DNA from: a virus | IMG/VR virus record: IMGVR_UViG_3300042892_000474 | Location: 42,075-106,074 of that record | Strand: one strand, 5' to 3' | Length of the DNA: 64,000 bases | Shown: in pieces, positions 49,076 to 56,294 of the stretch | Layout of the letters: each line of letters opens with the position of its first letter | Position numbering within the stretch: the first letter of the stretch is position 1 | Notes under the pieces: generated by a model | What the model was told of the DNA's origin: nothing | Databases searched by the model: none | Seen by the model: only the letters and a program-made list of their open reading frames with translations | Made by a program: the position numbers and the translations under genes

Positions 49076-51340
49076 TTGGATTTTACCTTAAGATCATTGG
49101 CTGTTGACGAATTAAAGCCTAAGGAGCGTCCCACCGAGGATATAGCTGATGCGCGCCATCGTAGTATGATGGAAGCAATTGCTCCTTATGCCAAAGCAAC
49201 AGTTCAAAAGAACTTAACCCCTGTATATGTTGACTACAAGACAAGAAACACTAAGTTAGTTCTTGTACTGTGCCCCGAATGGAGCCCTTATATGCCTCCG
49301 TTTAGTCTTGCACGATTAAGCGGTGTTGCCAAGAGTTCGGGCTATGAAACACACATTATTGATTTGAATGTTAAAGCGTATAACGCATTCAAGAAAGACT
49401 GGTGGCCTAAACAGCGTATTCCATTTAGACTATGGGATCCGTCTAGTTCATGGCATTGGCTGGGCGATACTTACATGAATGATATTCATCCATTGTTGGG
49501 CCCTGAGATACTAGAACCAGCAGTAGATAAGATCATTGAAATGAACCCGGATGTAGTTGGCTTCAGTGTTTATTACATTAGCGAAGAACCTACGAAGTGG
49601 ATGTGTCGTGAAATCAAGCGTAGAGCACCTCACATTAAGATTGCAGTCGGTGGACCTAACGTACACAAGAGTTGGTTTGCAACACATCCGTACTATGACT
49701 ATGTTGTGGTAGGTGAAGGTGAGCAGAATCTATTAGTAATGCTTGACGAAATAGAAGACAAGATAGAAGTAGAGTATCCTCGCTATCTTACACAGCCCGA
49801 AGATCAACGTATCAACATCAACGGCTTGCCTATGCCCGACTATGAGAGCATTGACTTTTCACAGTACGAATTACCTAACGGCGTTAATAGTGAAATCAGT
49901 AGAGGTTGCACTGCTAAATGTACATTCTGTGAAGAAACACACTTTTGGAAGTATCGTCAGCGTCAAAGTGTTGACTTGATTACAGAAGTTGAATGGCTGT
50001 ACTACAACAAAGGCACAGATATTATCTGGTTCATCGATTCGTTAATCAATGGTAACCCTAAAGAACTACGAGCCTTTGCCCTTGCTCTTAAAGAGAAAGA
50101 CTTGAAAGTCAAGTGGACAGGATACGCACGTTGCGATGGTCGTATGGACTTAGAGTACTTGCAAGACTTAGCAGCCGGCGGCGCTATCATGTTTAACTTT
50201 GGTGTTGAATCCGGAAGTCAGAAAGTACTTGATGATATGGCTAAAGGTGTTACTATCGCTGAGATGGAACAGAACTTTATCGACTGTAAAAAGACAGGCA
50301 TCTGGGCAGCTACTAACTGGATCGTAGGCTTCCCGACAGAAGACTATCAAGACTATTCAGACACTATGACATTCTTCTGGCGTATGCGTAACAACAACAT
50401 TAACAATGCAGGTTTAGGTGTTGGCTATGGCATGGGTCCTGAGACTATTGTAGGGCAGCACCCTCACAAGTTTAATATCAGTTGGCACAAGTATCAAGGT
50501 CACTGGATACGCAATGACTTTACGTTCGGTGGCACACACTTGATGATTCGTGTCAAAACATGGCACATGTTTGCTGACTTCTTTCGCGGAGTAACCGATG
50601 TACCTATCAGCTATCCGGTGCGTCATGCATTAGAGAAAGAACACTACAAAATCAAACTCAATCATACTGATATGGCTAGAGAGATTGAGTATGAGAAGTT
50701 TGATTACAACATTATTAAGCCAAACATTAATCCTTTTGCTGATGCATTAGTAAATGAAATGTGGCCCTTCTTGCGCATGTTATGGAAATGTCGTGGTGGA
50801 TACGAAGCAGAGATACGATACAATCCTGAGATTGACTTAAAAGAATTTGGTCAACAATTTGGCCCCGGGATGTTTAATGCCGTGTACAAGTTTAAGATTA
50901 GTGACAGCGGTAAGTGGGAAGCAGACTTTGATATGAAGTTTGAGCAGATTGATAATCCGTTTGATGACCGTGAGCGTCCGCCCCTAGGTCGTAAAGGTCC
51001 GTTCTATGCACAAGATTATTCACGTATGATGAGCAACACTGCACTACGAGCCCGTAAACTTGCAAAGCCTACATGGAGTGACGCTGAAGGTCGTGATGGT
51101 CAAGACTTTAGTGATTTGTTAGATGAAGAAACAGAACTTAACAAGAACGTTGACTTTACGTTTGACTATCATTACATTGGCTACGGTAACTGGGGCAATT
51201 ACAAAGACTTTGAAGTTGCTGTATCTAATACTTCACGTGAAGTTATTCCGGAAAAAGAAGCAATGTTTGCTTTAGATTTTGCAAAGCAACCACAAACCAT
51301 TAGTATAGATTCAATCAAACGTAAGAAAGATATAGAATGA
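49076..51340 (+). CDS. B12-binding-domain radical SAM enzyme (754 aa)
   Basis: PPFSLARL, VGFSV, VGGP, VVGEGE; SRGCTAKCTFC; GVESGS; IVGFPTE; TTG start with a good RBS. Confidence 0.88.
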   Translation: MDFTLRSLAVDELKPKERPTEDIADARHRSMMEAIAPYAKATVQKNLTPVYVDYKTRNTKLVLVLCPEWSPYMPPFSLARLSGVAKSSGYETHIIDLNVKAYNAFKKDWWPKQRIPFRLWDPSSSWHWLGDTYMNDIHPLLGPEILEPAVDKIIEMNPDVVGFSVYYISEEPTKWMCREIKRRAPHIKIAVGGPNVHKSWFATHPYYDYVVVGEGEQNLLVMLDEIEDKIEVEYPRYLTQPEDQRININGLPMPDYESIDFSQYELPNGVNSEISRGCTAKCTFCEETHFWKYRQRQSVDLITEVEWLYYNKGTDIIWFIDSLINGNPKELRAFALALKEKDLKVKWTGYARCDGRMDLEYLQDLAAGGAIMFNFGVESGSQKVLDDMAKGVTIAEMEQNFIDCKKTGIWAATNWIVGFPTEDYQDYSDTMTFFWRMRNNNINNAGLGVGYGMGPETIVGQHPHKFNISWHKYQGHWIRNDFTFGGTHLMIRVKTWHMFADFFRGVTDVPISYPVRHALEKEHYKIKLNHTDMAREIEYEKFDYNIIKPNINPFADALVNEMWPFLRMLWKCRGGYEAEIRYNPEIDLKEFGQQFGPGMFNAVYKFKISDSGKWEADFDMKFEQIDNPFDDRERPPLGRKGPFYAQDYSRMMSNTALRARKLAKPTWSDAEGRDGQDFSDLLDEETELNKNVDFTFDYHYIGYGNWGNYKDFEVAVSNTSREVIPEKEAMFALDFAKQPQTISIDSIKRKKDIE

Positions 51341-51927
51341 AAGAAGTTCAGCAATTTGAAAGATTGATTGCTGACTACTACAACGCACCGTATGCAGTTG
51401 CAGTAGATTGTTGTACACACGGTATAGAGTTAGCATTACGCTATACTAAGTTTGATAACGTAACATGTCCGACTAATACATATCTAAGCGTTCCTATGAC
51501 GTTTGAGAAGTTGAACTTAGATTGGCAGTTCAATCAACAATACTGGAAAGATTATTACTATGTAGGCAACACTAACATCATCGATGCCGCTGTCTATTGG
51601 AAGAAGAATGGATACATACCTAATACGTTTATGTGTCTAAGCTTTCAGTACCGAAAGCATTTGAATGTTGGACGTGGCGGCATGATCTTAGTAGAACATG
51701 ACTATGAATATGTTGCACTAAAGAAAATGAGTTATGATGGTCGTGTGCCTGATACTCTCTGGGCTGAACAAGATATAGATATGTTGGGATACCATTACTA
51801 TATGACCCCGGAGACAGCAGTATTAGGTATGAATAGATTCGAACAGATTAAAGACACTGACCCAAAACAATGGTCACACACAGATTATCCTGATATATCA
51901 AAAATGAAGGTATTTAATGTTAAGTAA
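51337..51927 (+). CDS. Shortened DegT/DnrJ/EryC1/StrS-family PLP aminotransferase
   Basis: FE...YAVAVDCCTHG, IDAA, SFQYRKHL..GRGG (catalytic Lys motif); only 196 aa. Confidence 0.78.
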   Translation: MKEVQQFERLIADYYNAPYAVAVDCCTHGIELALRYTKFDNVTCPTNTYLSVPMTFEKLNLDWQFNQQYWKDYYYVGNTNIIDAAVYWKKNGYIPNTFMCLSFQYRKHLNVGRGGMILVEHDYEYVALKKMSYDGRVPDTLWAEQDIDMLGYHYYMTPETAVLGMNRFEQIKDTDPKQWSHTDYPDISKMKVFNVK

Positions 51928-52903
51928 GAACGAATGGGATCCTTTGCTATCAGTTATAGTAGGAGTAGCCGACGATGCTAGAGTTCCTATTGTAGATCCT
52001 AGTTTACGAATGGTAAACTATGCTGATGTAAAGAAAATATATAATATTCCAAACGCGGGCCTATACCCAGAACAAGTTATCAATGAGGCTAATGAAGATT
52101 TAGATTTATTCAGCAAATTCTTAGAGTCATGTAATGTTAGAGTACACAGACCAGATAGGTCTGTAGTGCCTAGCTATTATAACTATTGCCCACGTGATAG
52201 TGTATTGATACACGATGATAAAGTTATAGCAACGCCCATGCCTTTGCGTAGTAGACAAGACGAGTATAAAGCACTATTGCCAGTGTTACAAAACTATAGC
52301 GATGTACTAGTACCTAGGTTTCCTAGAGATAGTAGCTTATACAATAGCGAGTGTTTAGGTAACCCGGACATTCTAGCATTGACTGAAACCGAACCAGCAT
52401 TTGATGCGGCAAACATACTTAGAAGCAACGATGATTTGTTTTATCTTGTAAGTAATAGCGGAAACAAAAGCGGTGCTGAACTATTACAGCTTGCACACCC
52501 AGATAAGAAAGTACATACTATCGAAGGCGTGTACAGTTATATGCACCTTGACAGCACGATTGCATTACTACGTGAGGGATTGATGTTATTGAATCCTGCA
52601 CGTATCAAGTCAGTAGAACAACTACCTAAGCCACTACAATCGTGGGATGTTATTTGGGCACCCGAACCAGTAGATATAGGTCATTACCCTGGCTACTGTA
52701 ATGCAAGTACCTGGGTTAGTGTGAACTTATTCAGCGTTAATCCTAACCTTGCTGTAGTAGAAGCACACCAAGAACCGTTACGAATAGAATTAGAAAAGCA
52801 TAAGATTGATGTACAGATGATGCCTATGCGTCACGCACGTACATTGGGAGGCTGCTTCCATTGTGTAACTTTAGACATAGAAAGGAATCACAATGGCAAA
52901 TAA
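51917..52903 (+). CDS. Amidinotransferase (StrB1 / glycine amidinotransferase family)
   Basis: NEWDPL, CPRD, FDAAN, HLDST, GGCFHCVT catalytic Asp/His/Cys motifs. Confidence 0.9.
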   Translation: MLSKNEWDPLLSVIVGVADDARVPIVDPSLRMVNYADVKKIYNIPNAGLYPEQVINEANEDLDLFSKFLESCNVRVHRPDRSVVPSYYNYCPRDSVLIHDDKVIATPMPLRSRQDEYKALLPVLQNYSDVLVPRFPRDSSLYNSECLGNPDILALTETEPAFDAANILRSNDDLFYLVSNSGNKSGAELLQLAHPDKKVHTIEGVYSYMHLDSTIALLREGLMLLNPARIKSVEQLPKPLQSWDVIWAPEPVDIGHYPGYCNASTWVSVNLFSVNPNLAVVEAHQEPLRIELEKHKIDVQMMPMRHARTLGGCFHCVTLDIERNHNGK

Positions 52904-54677
52904 ATGGACAAGAGGACACATAAGTAGATTCTGGAATACAGATGATGTAAAGAAGTTTGATTATGTTAGACAACCTTTAATGGATTCTGAACTTGAAGAA
53001 TGGAAAGCTAAAGGCTATGACTATGTAAAAAGTTTTTCAGGGTCTATGTATGATAGTCGTAATCCTATGCCTGAATGGGTTAATAGGTTTGGCAACATAT
53101 TCGACTTTAAAAACATGACGTATAATTTCTACAAAATGCAACAATTAGAAATTATGCCAACGCACGTAGACCATTTTCAAACCTATATGAGATTGTTCAA
53201 TGTAGAGTATGAAAATGCAGTTAGAATTTTAGTAATGTTAGATGATTGGAAGCCTGGCCATTACTTAGAAGTAGATGGAGTAGGTATAGTTAATTGGGTA
53301 GCCGGCGATTATTTTATGTGGGACAGTGACGTTCCGCATGCAGCCAGTAATATAGGGATTGAAGATAGATACACCCTACAAATTACAGGCACTAGAATTA
53401 ATTCAGAAGATGTATATAAGCATGTGCATTGGTATAATGTTCCTGGGTTAGTAACAAAGAAAGAATCATTGTTCAGTCCTGAAATGACTGAAATGAAAAA
53501 GCGCATGAATAAAAATTCTCCGTACTACATTTATATGTACAACAGAGAGTTACCAGATTTAGAAACTATCAATCACAGCGCAGAAGATACAGCCTATTTA
53601 AATGATAATGGATTAGAAATCTATCTGTATGAGCCGTTGTGTTCGTATCGCAAGAATGACCAACAAATGTATCCTCCGCATGGATCTAAGCATTCATTAA
53701 TTTTCTATTCTGAGTTCCACTATGATCATGTGCAGAAAACAGATGACATGCGGGCAGTAGAATTAGACAGTATTGTAGAATACATTGACAGAAACAAATT
53801 AACAAATGTCACAGTGAAAACCTGTGACTATAACATAGAAAAGTTTTACACTCATTACCTATCCAAAATGAAATTGGAAGCTGATGATTTGTTTGTAAAG
53901 TATTTTGACACTAATGAATTTGAGAATTTATCTAGTGAAGATGAATTCATGGGAAATTTTAGCAAACGGTTTATATCAATGAACTGGAGATATGCCCCGC
54001 ATAGACAATTAGTGGCAGCGTATTTGGCTAGCTACAGCGATACTAGTTACTTAACATGGTATTTTAAAGCAGACATGAGTATAGTCAGTGTAGAACCTTG
54101 GTATAGTATACACGATTGGTTGAGAAAAAATCCAGAAGTTTTTCAAAAGATGATAAAGGGGTTTAACCAATTAAATCTACGTTCACCGTGGAACATCGAT
54201 TTGAATGTGAAAGAACACACTCTTATCAATGACAAATACTTTAAAAAGATGTTCCCGACAGGTGTTATCTATGATCATAAAAAAGAAAAGTTTGGTGATA
54301 ACCAAGACAGATTAAAATCAACATACGCTGATGTATTCTTAGATGTAGTCAATGAATCTCGGTTTGCACAACCTACAAGTAACTACAGCGAAAAAGTATA
54401 TAGAGCTATGTTCTATAAAAAGCCTTTTATTATGGTTGGGCCACCACACACATTGCATTATTTAAAAGAACAAGGCTTTGAAACTTTTAGTGAGTTTTGG
54501 GATGAGTCATATGATGCAATGGAAGATCATGAGTCTAGGTTATTTGCTATATTCAAACTGATTGATTCTATCAACAACATGCCCATTTCAAAACTGAAAG
54601 ACATGTATACACAAATGTTACCTATTGTAGAACACAATCGTAAACTGTTATTAGAAAAATGCCCTATACGGAATTGA
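52893..54677 (+). CDS. Fusion: Fe(II)/2OG dioxygenase-like cupin + GT10-like domain (copy 7)
   Basis: PTHVD...PHAASN...RYTLQ in the first ~170 aa; PHR...DVVNES...YSEKV...KPFIMVG...DESYD in the C-terminal part. Confidence 0.72.
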   Translation: MANKWTRGHISRFWNTDDVKKFDYVRQPLMDSELEEWKAKGYDYVKSFSGSMYDSRNPMPEWVNRFGNIFDFKNMTYNFYKMQQLEIMPTHVDHFQTYMRLFNVEYENAVRILVMLDDWKPGHYLEVDGVGIVNWVAGDYFMWDSDVPHAASNIGIEDRYTLQITGTRINSEDVYKHVHWYNVPGLVTKKESLFSPEMTEMKKRMNKNSPYYIYMYNRELPDLETINHSAEDTAYLNDNGLEIYLYEPLCSYRKNDQQMYPPHGSKHSLIFYSEFHYDHVQKTDDMRAVELDSIVEYIDRNKLTNVTVKTCDYNIEKFYTHYLSKMKLEADDLFVKYFDTNEFENLSSEDEFMGNFSKRFISMNWRYAPHRQLVAAYLASYSDTSYLTWYFKADMSIVSVEPWYSIHDWLRKNPEVFQKMIKGFNQLNLRSPWNIDLNVKEHTLINDKYFKKMFPTGVIYDHKKEKFGDNQDRLKSTYADVFLDVVNESRFAQPTSNYSEKVYRAMFYKKPFIMVGPPHTLHYLKEQGFETFSEFWDESYDAMEDHESRLFAIFKLIDSINNMPISKLKDMYTQMLPIVEHNRKLLLEKCPIRN

Positions 54678-54678
54678 G

Positions 54679-54721
54679 TTATAAATACATGGGAATTTTA
54701 AAGGATATCCCATGTTTATAA
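54679..54721 (+). promoter_or_regulatory. Perfect T4 late promoter TATAAATA (54680-54687) in the 5' arm of a hairpin covering the downstream start codon
   Basis: ACATGGGA (54687-54694) pairs with TCCCATGT (54708-54715); flanking TTATAA at both ends extends the stem; AAGGA RBS in the loop; ATG at 54712 in the 3' arm. Confidence 0.7.
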
Positions 54722-54810
54722 TCAGATTTTTCAAAAACCTAATCAAAGAATACAAATATCGCAAGCGCATAAAAGAACTACGCAAACGTGATCCATTTAT
54801 CTACAAGTGA
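54712..54810 (+). CDS. 32-aa basic peptide ending DPFIYK, absent from the ORF track
   Basis: MFIIRFFKNLIKEYKYRKRIKELRKRDPFIYK*; has an RBS and ends 5 nt before the carbamoyltransferase ATG. Confidence 0.75.
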   Translation: MFIIRFFKNLIKEYKYRKRIKELRKRDPFIYK

Positions 54811-54815
54811 TTTGA

Positions 54816-56294
54816 ATGAACTACGTAGGAATAAGCAACGGCTTCCATGACGCCGGTATCTCTGTTGTGGATTCGAATGGAAACATTCTATTTGCGGGTC
54901 ATAGTGAGCGTTATAGCAAGAAAAAGCATGACGCTGAACTATGTTCTGAACTAGCGATAGACGCAGCCAAAACTCTAACTGGTGAATGCGAAGTTCATTA
55001 TTATGAACGTCCTTGGATGACTGCATTACGTCAATTAAGAGCAGGACAAAAATTAGATTTACGCACTGCTAAAATGCGTATAGGTAAATCTATTCTCAAT
55101 GTGTTTAACAACCCAAAAGTCGTTACACACAATCATCATTTGAGTCATGCCGCCGCTGGCTTTCAAACAAGTCCATACAATGATGCCACTGTTGTAGTAA
55201 TTGATGCTATCGGTGAGATAGATTGTATCTCTATATGGGATGCTTGGTACGATGAAAATGGCTATGCCCAATACAAGAAACTTTGGACTAAAAAATATCC
55301 ACACAGCATTGGTTTATATTATAGTGCAATGACTCAACACGTTGGTCTACGTCCATTAGATGAAGAATACATTCTAATGGGTATGGCTGCGTACGGTAAA
55401 CCTATACATTTTAATACCATTGAATCTAAGTTGTTAGAAAATAGCACCAAAATAGATTTCAAAGAAAATTTACACATTGGTGTCCCTGAAAACTTTTTAG
55501 AAGGTGCCAATGAAATGGACGTTGCTGCCAGTGCTCAAGCATTAGCAGAATATCTAATCAACGCAGTGATGGCAAAAGCTCGTATGTTGGGCAAGAGTCG
55601 TAACTTGGTATATGGTGGAGGAGTCGCACTTAACTGTTTAGCAAATAGAAACTTAGGTGATTACTTCAATGACATGTGGATAGTACCTAATCCCGGAGAC
55701 TGTGGCTCTAGTTTAGGTGCCGCCGCTTTAGGATATGGCAAAAAGTTGAACTGGATTGATGCTTTCTTAGGGCACGACATTCCAGGCAATTATCCCAGTA
55801 ATCGTATCATTGATGAACTAGTTAAGACTAAAATAGTAGGTGTAGCCTCAGGTCGTGCAGAGTTTGGTCCACGTGCATTGGGTAATAGGTCATTGCTAGC
55901 AGACCCCAGAGGTGATACAATAAAGGATACTGTAAATGAAATTAAACGCAGACAAAAATTCAGACCATTTGCGCCCATTATTTTGGAGGAGCATGTTCAC
56001 AATTATTTTGACATGCCTCGCAATTGGAGTGACAGTAGGTATATGCAAGTCATCGCTCGTTGCAGGCATCCTCAGTTATTTCCTGCTATCGTTCATCATG
56101 ACGGGACTAGTCGTGTCCAGACTGTGCCAAAAGATGGAAGCGGAGTCAGAGAACTCCTAGAGAAATGGTATGTATTGACTGGATGCCCTATACTGTTAAA
56201 CACCTCTCTTAATATCAGAGGAGAGCCAATGGTAAATGACAGACTTGATGCTGATAGATTCGAAAAATTGTACAATGTTAAAGTGATATCATAA
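54816..56294 (+). CDS. O-carbamoyltransferase (NodU/CmcH/TobZ family)
   Basis: HDAG, ERYS, HHLSHAA, DAIGE, MGMAAYG, GGVALN, EFGPRALGNRS, FRPFAP, LNTSLN. Confidence 0.93.
   Translation: MNYVGISNGFHDAGISVVDSNGNILFAGHSERYSKKKHDAELCSELAIDAAKTLTGECEVHYYERPWMTALRQLRAGQKLDLRTAKMRIGKSILNVFNNPKVVTHNHHLSHAAAGFQTSPYNDATVVVIDAIGEIDCISIWDAWYDENGYAQYKKLWTKKYPHSIGLYYSAMTQHVGLRPLDEEYILMGMAAYGKPIHFNTIESKLLENSTKIDFKENLHIGVPENFLEGANEMDVAASAQALAEYLINAVMAKARMLGKSRNLVYGGGVALNCLANRNLGDYFNDMWIVPNPGDCGSSLGAAALGYGKKLNWIDAFLGHDIPGNYPSNRIIDELVKTKIVGVASGRAEFGPRALGNRSLLADPRGDTIKDTVNEIKRRQKFRPFAPIILEEHVHNYFDMPRNWSDSRYMQVIARCRHPQLFPAIVHHDGTSRVQTVPKDGSGVRELLEKWYVLTGCPILLNTSLNIRGEPMVNDRLDADRFEKLYNVKVIS

Noticed and set aside
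390-56160. Minus-strand and nested short ORFs (60-143 aa)
   Set aside because: They lie within or largely overlap well-supported + strand genes and show no recognisable motifs.
51917-56294. Saxitoxin-like cluster (SxtG, SxtI, SxtK analogues)
   Set aside because: No SxtA-like PKS or other core sxt genes; the context is glycosyltransferases, so the shared families do not imply toxin synthesis.
27658-56294. Bacterial O-antigen/capsule locus or eukaryotic giant-virus origin
   Set aside because: No Wzx/Wzy/ABC export or priming phosphoglycosyl transferase; contiguous with myophage baseplate genes, with Shine-Dalgarno sites and T4-like promoter motifs.
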